The notes under the pieces were generated by a model. That model saw only the letters and a list, made by a program, of their open reading frames with translations. It was not told the DNA's origin and made no database searches. Below are positions 1 to 8,413 of a stretch of 64,000 nt of DNA, one piece after another. Positions within the stretch are counted from its first letter, which is position 1; every line of letters starts with the position of its first letter. The stretch is from Gemmatimonadota bacterium (GTDB taxonomy: Bacteria; Gemmatimonadota; Gemmatimonadetes; Gemmatimonadales; GWC2-71-9), in assembly GCA_043744895.1 (NCBI GenBank), contig JAYTTT010000271.1, forward strand, positions 143 to 64,142. Reading direction: 5' to 3'. The translations under genes were made by a program, and so were the position numbers.

Positions 1-60
1 CAGGCGAGGGCGCTTGCGGCGAAGCCGCAAAGTAGGCGCCCTCGTCAGCTTCATTTGCTT

Positions 61-73
61 GTTAGGCAACACG
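61..73. repeat. Left arm of a 13-bp perfect inverted repeat flanking hicAB (GTTAGGCAACACG)
   Basis: Read directly. 61-73 is the exact reverse complement of 628-640. It lies 3 nt past the hicA stop. Confidence 0.6.
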
Positions 74-75
74 CC

Positions 76-288
76 TCACAGATCTTCAGGCCGCAGCCCC
101 GTGTGTTTCGCGATCCGGGTGAGCATTCGGGGCCCGATCTCTTCATTGTCGTGGAACGCAAATACAAAGTCCGGCCAGCCCAGGCGGCCGAGCGTGCGGT
201 GGGAGCCCGTCTGGCGCTTGAGTTCCCAGCCGATCTGGCGCAGCGCCGCCAGCACCCGGCGCGCCTTCGCCGATCCCCACTGGCTCAC
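76..288 (-). CDS. hicA: HicA-family toxin (mRNA interferase)
   Basis: 70 aa. The pattern KARRVLAAL..GW...R..GSH and the C-terminal IAKHTGL are typical of HicA/YcfA. It overlaps the upstream hicB stop by 4 nt. Confidence 0.8.
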   Translation of the reverse strand: MSQWGSAKARRVLAALRQIGWELKRQTGSHRTLGRLGWPDFVFAFHDNEEIGPRMLTRIAKHTGLRPEDL

Positions 289-491
289 GCGGCTTGAAAG
301 GAAACGTTCAGGACCTCGGCGACTGCTTCGCCATGGTCGAGGCGGTCCGCGAGCACGCGGAGGGCAAGCGCCTGGACCCTCGCCAGGGCATCCGTGCGCG
401 TCATGCCATAGGCGAGGACCCCGGGCAGTGAGGCAACCTCGCCGATCCAGCGCCCGTCGGTTTCTTGCCCAAGCTCAATCACAAGAGTCAC
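285..491 (-). CDS. hicB: HicB-family antitoxin (UPF0150 fold)
   Basis: 68 aa. The N-terminus (ETDGRWIGEVASLPGVLAYGMTRTDAL) is HicB/UPF0150-like. It is translationally coupled to hicA. Confidence 0.7.
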   Translation of the reverse strand: MTLVIELGQETDGRWIGEVASLPGVLAYGMTRTDALARVQALALRVLADRLDHGEAVAEVLNVSFQAA

Positions 492-627
492 CTAGAACCG
501 CCTTTGAGTGGTCCGATCGCAAGTAATGTACTGGGCGGCAACGACTTAGCCAAGGGAGCGGCACTGGAAGGACAGCTCCCAAAAGGGGTTCGAGCGAAAA
601 GGGGTACGACCGGTCGAGGACCGGCGT

Positions 628-640
628 CGTGTTGCCTAAC
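628..640. repeat. Right arm of the 13-bp inverted repeat flanking hicAB (CGTGTTGCCTAAC)
   Basis: Exact reverse complement of 61-73, about 137 nt upstream of the hicB start. It is followed by a 7-bp-stem hairpin at 651-669 (GCTGCGG-AGCCC-CCGCAGC). Confidence 0.6.
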
Positions 641-1110
641 TACTGTTTGAGCTGCGGAGCCCCCGCAGCCTAAATCGGAAACCCTGCAATCTCTCAAGAT
701 CAATCAAACCCTCGCTTCGTCAAGGGGTTGTCGCCGATCCCCAGCCAGAAGGACGGAACCGGCTGCGACCCCGAGGCCTCCCGCTGGATAATTGGCAACT
801 AGCCCGACCCCGCCCTGGGGAGTGCGTTTCGTCAAGCTCGGAGCGCGACGCGTCGAACCCGCAGTGCAGCCCGTCAGACCGGAAGTGCGACCCGCCAAAC
901 CCGAAGCCCAACCCGTCGACCTTGCGCAAGTCATATCCCCGCTGCCTGAGCGTCGGAAGGTCCACCACGAACCGCGCCGACGGAGCGTTCGCGCTTGGGC
1001 TCCAATCACGATCGTGGGGTGTTGATATCCGCCCATCGGCCCCTGGCGCGCCGTCTGGACCCGAACTATGCTCACAAGCCCCCGATTGAATTTCCTCACG
1101 CGAGACCGAC

Positions 1111-1462
1111 GTGAGAGTCCCGATGCGCCCATTACTCATCGTTCTCGTGGGCACCATCGGCCTCGGTAGGGCGCCGGCGGCCGCGACCGCGCCGGTTGGG
1201 CCCGTCTTCACGGCCGAGCACGTCCTGGCGGTGCGCACGTTCGCCGGCGGTCAGCCGATCGCCGTCGCCCGAACCCGCCGCTGGATCGCGTACGTGGTGA
1301 CCGACAACGACGACGAGTGGAACGTGCAGGAACCCCGTCCGACGGGCCACGTCCACGTTCAGACCCTTGGTGCCGGCCGCCCAGGGGCGCCTCGAGTGGT
1401 TCGACCGCTACCTGATGCCGAGGCGCTCCACGGACCACCCCGGCCCGGGAGGACTCCAATGA
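1111..1462 (+). pseudogene. S9-family (prolyl oligopeptidase-like) peptidase remnant: N-terminus fused to the last ~24 codons
   Basis: A signal peptide plus the S9-type N-terminus (FTAEHVLAVRTFAGGQPIAV..WIAYVVTDNDDEWNV) runs to about 1385. From 1391, in another frame, it reads LEWFDRYLMPRRSTDHPGPGGLQ*, and LEWFDRYL is the classic S9 C-terminal motif. The TGA overlaps the next gene's ATG (ATGA). The whole propeller and catalytic body is absent. Confidence 0.45.
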
Positions 1463-2373
1463 GAGACACCCGTATGCATTGCACGGCGACCTCCATCGCG
1501 CTTGCCCTGTCGCTCGCCACGTCCCCGCTGCCGGCACAGGCACGCCCGTCGATGCTCATTCACGACGTCACCGTCATTGATGGAACCGGCCGGCCGCCGA
1601 TCACCGGCGCCTCGGTGCTCATCGAAGGCGACCGAATTGCCCGCGTCGCCCGCGGCCGGATTGACGCTCCGATCGAGGCGACGCGGATTAATGGTCGTGG
1701 CAAGTTCCTGATCCCGGGGTTGATCGACGTGCACGTCCACCTCGATGGCGCCGGACAGCCGCCGGCCGTCGGGCTTCGCGCGCTGGACGGATACTTGTAC
1801 AGCGGGTTCACCACCGTCTCCGACGCCGGGAACGACCCCGACTTCATCTTCGGCCTTCGAGCGCGGGAACGCTCGGGCGAGATCGTCAGCCCGCGGATCT
1901 TTGCCACGGGTGGCGTCGTGACGGCACCGGGTGGCCACGGTGGCGGACCCGGCGCCACGCTGATCGATGCCTGGCCTGCCGCGATCCCGCTGCTCGACGC
2001 CCACATCGCCCGCCGGCCGGACATGGTGAAGTTCACCTTCGACGAACATGGGTGGGGAACCCGTCCGCTCATCCCATTGCTCGACGCCGACGTGATGGCG
2101 AAGGCCGCACGCTACTTTAACGATCACGGTATTCGGACCACGGTGCATGCGCTCGACGCGATTCGGATCGGTACGCTCAACGCGGCACTGTTCCTTGGCA
2201 AGGAGCGCGAGCTCGGATCGGTGGAGGAGGGCAAGTTTGCCGACCTGGTGCTGTTGAGCGCCGATCCCACGCAAGACATCCGAAATGCCTCGCACATCGA
2301 CGCGGTGATCAAGGGCGGGGTCGTCGTGAACCGCGGGGCGCTGGACCTGCCGGTCAATCGGCGAGAGCGATAG
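1459..2373 (+). CDS. Amidohydrolase-family metallohydrolase (probable in-frame internal deletion)
   Basis: Signal peptide, then IHDVTVIDGTG...GLIDVHVHLDG (HxH motif). After TTVHA the sequence jumps straight to the C-terminal LDAIRIGTLNAALFLG...GSVEEGKFADLVLL motif. The mature protein is about 285 aa where I would expect about 400. The 420-aa ORF in the track is a read-through of the S9 remnant. Confidence 0.65.
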   Translation: MRDTRMHCTATSIALALSLATSPLPAQARPSMLIHDVTVIDGTGRPPITGASVLIEGDRIARVARGRIDAPIEATRINGRGKFLIPGLIDVHVHLDGAGQPPAVGLRALDGYLYSGFTTVSDAGNDPDFIFGLRARERSGEIVSPRIFATGGVVTAPGGHGGGPGATLIDAWPAAIPLLDAHIARRPDMVKFTFDEHGWGTRPLIPLLDADVMAKAARYFNDHGIRTTVHALDAIRIGTLNAALFLGKERELGSVEEGKFADLVLLSADPTQDIRNASHIDAVIKGGVVVNRGALDLPVNRRER

Positions 2374-2403
2374 GAATGACACGACGCCGCTGACGGCGGC
2401 AGG

Positions 2404-2913
2404 CTAACGACGGGCGCGCTTTGTCGTCGTTTTCTTCCTGGCGCCCGCTTTGGTCTTGCCCTTGCCGAGCGCGTCACGCATGGCTTGGTAGTTTGCCGCG
2501 TGCTCCTCCGGCGTGACGCGGGCAACCGTGCGCCCCAGTACGTCCAGCGCAAACTCTTCCAGCGTCTTGAAGCGGACGCAGCCCATCCCCATGTCGAGCT
2601 TCTTGCCGCTCTTCTTGTATTCGCTGGTGAACCAGTCTCCGAGGCTGGGGTTGCCGTAGAAGCACAGCATGTGAAGCGACACGTATGACTTCATTGATAC
2701 GAGTCCAATGAATGGGAGCGGCACCTTGCGGTTGCCACCGTAGCCCGCGGCGTAAGTGGCCAGCGGCACGTACCAGCCAATCATGCCGAACTGGATGCCC
2801 TCCTCGTAGCCATCCGGCAAATTCTTGTTGATCTCGTTGCGCACGGCGCTGAGGGCGGCGTGGCGGTCGGCGGGGAGGGCGGCAAGGTATTGCTCAACGG
2901 TCGAAGCGGCCAT
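2404..2913 (-). CDS. DUF1801 (YdhG-like) domain protein
   Basis: 169 aa. VEQYLAALPADRHAAL..VR..I and a basic lysine-rich tail are typical of DUF1801. Confidence 0.65.
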   Translation of the reverse strand: MAASTVEQYLAALPADRHAALSAVRNEINKNLPDGYEEGIQFGMIGWYVPLATYAAGYGGNRKVPLPFIGLVSMKSYVSLHMLCFYGNPSLGDWFTSEYKKSGKKLDMGMGCVRFKTLEEFALDVLGRTVARVTPEEHAANYQAMRDALGKGKTKAGARKKTTTKRARR

Positions 2914-3005
2914 TGGGCCAAGCTATCTGCTGCAGCGACACGTGACAACCCCGGGGGTGAGGACGGCGCAAACGGCAATGGCGCCGCCGCACGCGGCGGC
3001 GTAGA

Positions 3006-4046
3006 TCACGGCCGGGCCAGCACCCGGCTGACGTTGATTAGCGTGGCACCCTTCCAGGCCGACGGCACCCCGCGAATGAACGTCACCACCCCGGTCGCCG
3101 GCGCTTTTACGTCCGCCACCGGCCGGCCCAGAAAGTCGGTCAGCCGGCCCACGGTCATTCCCTGATTGACGTAGCTGCCCCGCGCGACCAGCGGGAAAAA
3201 GACCCCGTCGGCCTCGGCACCGACCCGGGCACCCCCGTCCACCCAGACCGGATTCGCCACCGGGACCACGGTCCGCTCGATCATCTTCATCGCGCCGAGC
3301 ACGTTGAGAAGGCCACCGATCAGCAGCTCGACATCCTCGGCCATCACCGTGCCCGACCGGCCGGCCTCGGCCACGACCGTGATCTTGCCGGTCGCCAGCG
3401 CGTGGCCGGACAGGGTGCCGCGGCCGGCGGGAGTCGAGAGGTCGGCATCAACGACGATGATGTGATCGAGACCAAACGCCAGGACCAGCTGCCGCGAAGT
3501 CGAATCGAGGGCCGGCTTGCCGCTCCGGAACCAGTAGGTATAAGGACGGAGGTCCTCGTCGAGGTCGCCGCCGTGGAGGTCGATGATCACCGACGCGGGC
3601 TTCACGACCAGCTCGGTCATCAACGCCAGCGCGCGCTCCGTCTGGGTTCCGCTCGGGTTGCCCGGATAGAGCCGGTTCAAGCCCTTATTGTCCACCGGAT
3701 TCACGTGCACGGTCATGTGGGTGAACGACGGCACATTGACCAGCGGCGTCACGATGACGGTTCCCGCCATCTGCTTCGGGTCGAGCATCCCAATCAGCCG
3801 CTGGAGTGCCACGATCGAGGCGTACTCGGTGCCGTGACTCCCAGCCACCAACGCAACGGTCGGCCCCGGCCGGGTGCCGTTCACGATCGCCACCGGAATC
3901 GTGATGCCGGAGTCCACACCGGCGGGCACGGTGATGGCGCCGTAGCCGGTCTGGCCGCGGGCCGCGCTGGCCGTGCCGATGGTGACGGTCTGGGCGGCGA
4001 GCGTGGCGGCGTAGAGGGCCGGGAAGATCAGGGCGAGCAGTCGCAT
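3006..4046 (-). CDS. Succinylglutamate desuccinylase/aspartoacylase (AstE/AspA, M14-like) family protein, secreted
   Basis: Internal ATG at 4046 gives the signal peptide MRLLALIFPALYAATLAAQ. Motifs: GSHGTEYASIVALQRL and IIDLHGGD. Confidence 0.7.
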   Translation of the reverse strand: MRLLALIFPALYAATLAAQTVTIGTASAARGQTGYGAITVPAGVDSGITIPVAIVNGTRPGPTVALVAGSHGTEYASIVALQRLIGMLDPKQMAGTVIVTPLVNVPSFTHMTVHVNPVDNKGLNRLYPGNPSGTQTERALALMTELVVKPASVIIDLHGGDLDEDLRPYTYWFRSGKPALDSTSRQLVLAFGLDHIIVVDADLSTPAGRGTLSGHALATGKITVVAEAGRSGTVMAEDVELLIGGLLNVLGAMKMIERTVVPVANPVWVDGGARVGAEADGVFFPLVARGSYVNQGMTVGRLTDFLGRPVADVKAPATGVVTFIRGVPSAWKGATLINVSRVLARP

Positions 4047-4209
4047 GGGAGCCTCGGTGTCGGACGGTGGACCCCGGCCAGTCGGCGGCAGCGCGACCAG
4101 GTCTCGGCGTAGGTCACGCGGACCTCGCCGCATGGTCATCCCAAGCTAGCGTCGCCGTCGCGTCGCGCCAGGCCGGTGCCCGAGGGGCCACCCCGCAGTA
4201 TCTTGGACG

Positions 4210-6396
4210 ATGCGTTTTCGATTCCCTGCCGCGCTCTTGCTGGTAACCGTCGTCCGGACCTCTCACGCCTCCGCCCAAGCGAGCGCAGCGGGGCCCCGGC
4301 CGGTGGCCCACGCCACCCGGATCACCAGGGGGCCGGTGATCGACGGCCGGCTTGATGATTCCGTATGGCGGGCAGCCCGGCCGATCGAGGGCTTCGTCCA
4401 GCACGAGCCGTTTGACGGCCGGGAGGCCACCGAGCGGACCGAGGTCCGGATCCTGTTCGACAACGGCGCGCTCTACATCGGCGCCCGGCTCTTTGACCGG
4501 GAGCCCGCCGGGATCATCCGGGGTGAGAGCCGACGCGATCTAGCGCTCAAGGAGCAGGATGCCTTCATGATCCTGCTCGATACCTTCCACGATCACCAGA
4601 ACGGATTCCTGTTCGGCACCACCCCGGCCGGGGTCGAGCACGACGGCCAGATCAACAAGGAAGGTGAAGGCGGCTTCGGCGGCCCAGTGGGCAATACTCC
4701 GACGGTGACCGGCGCCAACGAGAACATGAATTGGGACGGCACGTGGGAAGTGCACACCACCGTCGACGAGCAGGGGTGGTCGGCCGAGTTTCGGATTCCG
4801 TTCGAAACGCTCCGGTACGGGAGCGGGAAGCCGCAAGTCTGGGGGCTCAACTTCGCCCGGTTCATCCGCCGCAAGAACGAAGAGGATTTCTGGTCCCCGG
4901 TGCCGCGGCAGCACACCTTGTTCCGGGTCTCGATGGCCGGAACCCTCGAGGGGCTCGAACCGCCGTCGAATCGCACCGCCTTGTTGACGCCCTACGTCGT
5001 GGGGTCGCTTCACAAGGACTACGCCGCCGGGACCGCCACCGACGCCGCGCTGGAGTTCGGGGCCGACGCCAAGATCGGGCTCTCGCCGAGCCTAACGCTC
5101 GACCTGACCTACAACACCGATTTTGCCCAGGTCGAGGCCGACGACCAGCAGGTCAACCTGACCCGGTTCAATCTGTTCTTCCCGGAAAAACGGCCCTTCT
5201 TCCTGGAGAACGCCGGGGTCTTCGCGTTCGGCACCCCGCAGTCGGCCGACATCTTCTTCAGCCGCCGGATCGGCCTCGACCGAAATGGCCGGCAGGTCCC
5301 GATTACCGCCGGCGGCCGGCTCTCGGGCAAGATGGGCCCGCTCTCCCTCGGCCTGCTCGATGTCCAGGCCACCAACAATTTCGCGGTAGGCCGGGTCCTC
5401 TACGAACTGCCCCATCGCTCTCGAATCGGCGCCATCGCGGTGAGCCGGGTCAATACCGACAGCACCGGAGACCACAACTTGACCGTCGGCATCGACGGCA
5501 AGCTCGGCCTCGGCGAGGCCATTTCACTCGACGGCTACGCCGCCCATTCGGAAACGCCCGGTTCGACGGCTCGGTCGAACGTCGTCAACCTGAGCGGTAC
5601 CTACACCACCAGAACCTGGGAGCTCGGCAGCGCCTTTCGCCGGGTCGATGCCGGGTTCCGGCCCGACGTCGGCTACCTCGAGCGGCCGGCGTTCCAGTTC
5701 ATCAGTCTCCGGGTCCTCCACCATCTCAGAACCCCGAACATCGCCTGGTTCCGAGAAGCCCGGCCCCACGTCACCTTCCGCCAGTACGATGACCTCGACG
5801 GCAAGCCCCAGAGCCGGCTCCTCCACATCGACACCCACTTCGTGTTCGCCAACGGCGCGTTCTTCGAGTTGCCGGGCGTGAACTTTACCCGGGAAGCCCT
5901 TCGAACTCCGTTCGAAATCGCTCCGGGGATCATCGTTCCGATCGGGGTGTACGATCATTTCGAGTGGGCTCCGATCTTCAATACCAATTTGAGCGCCCCC
6001 TACTCGGTGTCCGGCGGCGTCTCGCTCGGCGGGTTCTACTCCGGCCGGAAGAAAGGGGCGAACCTGACCCTCAACGCGCGGCCGAGCGACCGGATCAACT
6101 CGAGCCTCCGGCTGTCGTATGACGACGTCGACTTAGCGGAGGGAAGCTTCCATCGAGCATTGGCGGCGTTCCGGTTCGCATACGCCTTCTCGCCCCGGAT
6201 CTATCTCCAGGGGCTGACCCAGTATAGCAACCAGAGCGAGAGCCTTTCGGCCAACATCCGGTTCGGCTGGCTCGGCCCCGCGGGGACTGGTCTGTTCGTG
6301 GTCTATAACGAGGGCCGGACCACCGGCGACGACCCGGGCCTCGCCGATCGGGTGTTCGTGGTGAAATTCACCAAGCAGTTGGATTTGGCTCGCTAG
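4210..6396 (+). CDS. DUF5916 / carbohydrate-binding family-9-like outer-membrane protein
   Basis: 728 aa with a signal peptide. The N-terminus (PVIDGRLDDSVWRAARPIEGFVQHEPFDG) is CBM9-like. A long beta-rich C-terminus follows. Confidence 0.55.
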   Translation: MRFRFPAALLLVTVVRTSHASAQASAAGPRPVAHATRITRGPVIDGRLDDSVWRAARPIEGFVQHEPFDGREATERTEVRILFDNGALYIGARLFDREPAGIIRGESRRDLALKEQDAFMILLDTFHDHQNGFLFGTTPAGVEHDGQINKEGEGGFGGPVGNTPTVTGANENMNWDGTWEVHTTVDEQGWSAEFRIPFETLRYGSGKPQVWGLNFARFIRRKNEEDFWSPVPRQHTLFRVSMAGTLEGLEPPSNRTALLTPYVVGSLHKDYAAGTATDAALEFGADAKIGLSPSLTLDLTYNTDFAQVEADDQQVNLTRFNLFFPEKRPFFLENAGVFAFGTPQSADIFFSRRIGLDRNGRQVPITAGGRLSGKMGPLSLGLLDVQATNNFAVGRVLYELPHRSRIGAIAVSRVNTDSTGDHNLTVGIDGKLGLGEAISLDGYAAHSETPGSTARSNVVNLSGTYTTRTWELGSAFRRVDAGFRPDVGYLERPAFQFISLRVLHHLRTPNIAWFREARPHVTFRQYDDLDGKPQSRLLHIDTHFVFANGAFFELPGVNFTREALRTPFEIAPGIIVPIGVYDHFEWAPIFNTNLSAPYSVSGGVSLGGFYSGRKKGANLTLNARPSDRINSSLRLSYDDVDLAEGSFHRALAAFRFAYAFSPRIYLQGLTQYSNQSESLSANIRFGWLGPAGTGLFVVYNEGRTTGDDPGLADRVFVVKFTKQLDLAR

Positions 6397-6442
6397 CCTT
6401 AAGGATCGTATCTTCCGGGCAATCCCCTTCGAATGAGCCCGG

Positions 6443-8413
6443 ATGTTTGCCCATCTCGCCCTTGCCCTTGCCGCCCTTCAAGCACCCACCATTGCGTCGC
6501 TCCGGATCACCCCGAGCAAGCCGGTCATCATCGCGCACGATACCCTCCGGATCCGCGCTGAGGCGCTCGACGCCTCAGGCGCGGTCGTCGGTTCGGCTCG
6601 GATCCGGTTCGTGACGGCTGGGTTCGCCAACGCGGGCCAGGTCGACACCACCGGGTTGATCAGCACCGCGTCACCGGGAACCCTGCCGATCTCCATCATT
6701 GCCACGGCCCCCGGCGGGACCCGCCCGTTTACCCGGCGAGTCGAAGTCACCATCGTCGCGGGACCCGCAGCCACGGTCCGGATCGCGCCGATGCCCGCGC
6801 GGGTCGTCGTGGGGCAACGGCTCCAGCTGGCCGCGTTTCCGCGAACGGCCTTCGGCGATTCGACGACCGGCGAAACCACCTGGAGCTCCTCGACCCCGTC
6901 GGTGGCGCGAATTGTCGATGGGATGTTGACGGCCGTTGCCCCGGGCGCGGCCACGATCTCGGCGACCGTGGGCCGAGCCCGGGCCGGCTTTCCGGTGACC
7001 GTCCTGGCCGCGCCCAGTTCCCTGGCAATTTCGCCGGACCGGACAACCGTTCGGGAGGGCGATGTTGTTTCCTTCAGCGTGGTGGCGAAGGACCGCAGCG
7101 GCAAGAGCCTGGTGGGTGTGGGCCCGTCGTGGTCGTTTTCGCCGGGGCACGGACAGATCGGGGACGACGGCAAATTCGTCGGCTATGAGGCCGGGCAATA
7201 CCTGGTGACCGGCAACCTCGGCAGCTTGAGCGCCGTCGCCACCGTCTTGGTCACCCCGCGCGACGTGCGCCGGAAAGCCACCGTCGTCGGCCAGTTGGTC
7301 CGCACCAAGTTCGAAACGTCTGAGGTGTGGATTCACCCGAACGGCAAAGTGGCCTACCTCGGCACCACCGGTGGCGGCGACCGGCTCTACACGGTGGACA
7401 TCAGCGACCCGGCCAAGCCGGCCATCGTCGACTCGGTGATGGACGATTTACGAACCTTAAACGACGTGATGACGAGCGCCGACGGCAAGGTGCTGGTGTT
7501 CACCCGCGAAGGGGCCTCGAACCGGAAGAATGGGATCGTGATCTGCACCCTCGACGACCCGCTCCATCCGAAGAGGGTGGCCGATTTCACCGACGGCGTC
7601 ACGGCGGGCGTCCATTCGGCCTTCGTGTACACCGATCCGAAGTACGGGACCCATGTCTTTCTTACCAACGACGGGACCGGCGCCGTGGATGTCGTCGATA
7701 TCAACGACCCGGCCCATCCCAAACGGGCGGCGACCTGGCGCACCGACACCCCGATCGAGGCCGGCCGCTACATCCACGACATTGATGTCCAGGATGGGCT
7801 CTTGTACGGCAGCTATTGGAACGACGGGCTGATCATTCTCGATGTCGGCAACGGGATCAAGGGCGGGAGCCCCACCAATCCCCAGTTCGTCTCCCAGTTC
7901 AAATACGATCTGCCCTCGCTCTACCGCGACGCGGAGATCACCGGCGGCACCGGGTATATCCGCGGCACCCACACCGCCTGGCGCCACAAGAACTACGTGT
8001 TCATCGCCGATGAAGTCTTCGGGCTCGAGGAGCTTCGTTCGAAGACGGGACGGGCGTACGGCCGGCTCCAAGTTCTCGACGTAAGCGACATCACCAAGCC
8101 GAAGTCGGTAGCCTGGTATGAGCCCGAGTTTGGGGGGGTGCATAACGTCTGGGTCGCGGGCGACACCCTCTATATGGGCGCCTACAATGCCGGATTCCGG
8201 GCGTTCGACATCTCGGGCGAACTGCGGGGCGATCTCCGGGCTCAGCGACGAGAAATCGTTCACGCCCAGGTGTCGTCACCCGAGGGTTACCTCCCGAACT
8301 TCACGATGACGTGGGGAGTAGTGGTCAAGAACGGCCTAGCCTACGTCAACGACATCAACGGCGGGTTGTTCATCGTTCGGATCGAGCCGAAGAAGACCGA
8401 GTTGGTGCCATAG
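6443..8413 (+). CDS. Secreted Ig-like (Big_2) + LVIVD-repeat beta-propeller protein
   Basis: 656 aa. Three Big_2-like modules (ITP..., WSSSTPSVARIVDGMLTAVAPGAATISA) are followed by repeated LVIVD-like strands (LYTVDISDP, VDVVDINDP, LIILDVGNG, LQVLDVSDI, LFIVRIEP). Confidence 0.65.
   Translation: MFAHLALALAALQAPTIASLRITPSKPVIIAHDTLRIRAEALDASGAVVGSARIRFVTAGFANAGQVDTTGLISTASPGTLPISIIATAPGGTRPFTRRVEVTIVAGPAATVRIAPMPARVVVGQRLQLAAFPRTAFGDSTTGETTWSSSTPSVARIVDGMLTAVAPGAATISATVGRARAGFPVTVLAAPSSLAISPDRTTVREGDVVSFSVVAKDRSGKSLVGVGPSWSFSPGHGQIGDDGKFVGYEAGQYLVTGNLGSLSAVATVLVTPRDVRRKATVVGQLVRTKFETSEVWIHPNGKVAYLGTTGGGDRLYTVDISDPAKPAIVDSVMDDLRTLNDVMTSADGKVLVFTREGASNRKNGIVICTLDDPLHPKRVADFTDGVTAGVHSAFVYTDPKYGTHVFLTNDGTGAVDVVDINDPAHPKRAATWRTDTPIEAGRYIHDIDVQDGLLYGSYWNDGLIILDVGNGIKGGSPTNPQFVSQFKYDLPSLYRDAEITGGTGYIRGTHTAWRHKNYVFIADEVFGLEELRSKTGRAYGRLQVLDVSDITKPKSVAWYEPEFGGVHNVWVAGDTLYMGAYNAGFRAFDISGELRGDLRAQRREIVHAQVSSPEGYLPNFTMTWGVVVKNGLAYVNDINGGLFIVRIEPKKTELVP

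Noticed and set aside
720-1100. A minus-strand ORF fragment (…FVVDLPTLRQRGYDLRKVDGLGFGFGGSHF…) as a hydrolase pseudogene in the hicB / S9-remnant intergenic region. It also shares a 12-mer (GGGTTTGATTGA) with the 42-kb module.
   Set aside because: The motif resemblance to alpha/beta hydrolases is vague and multiple frames are needed. The shared 12-mer plus GTTAGGC spacing could be coincidence. It is noted only as a lead for BLAST.
8370-8413. The 44-nt convergent overlap between the LVIVD-propeller gene and the MFS transporter as a regulatory antisense arrangement.
   Set aside because: Convergent 3' overlaps of this size are common in compact high-G+C genomes. No structure or motif was seen.
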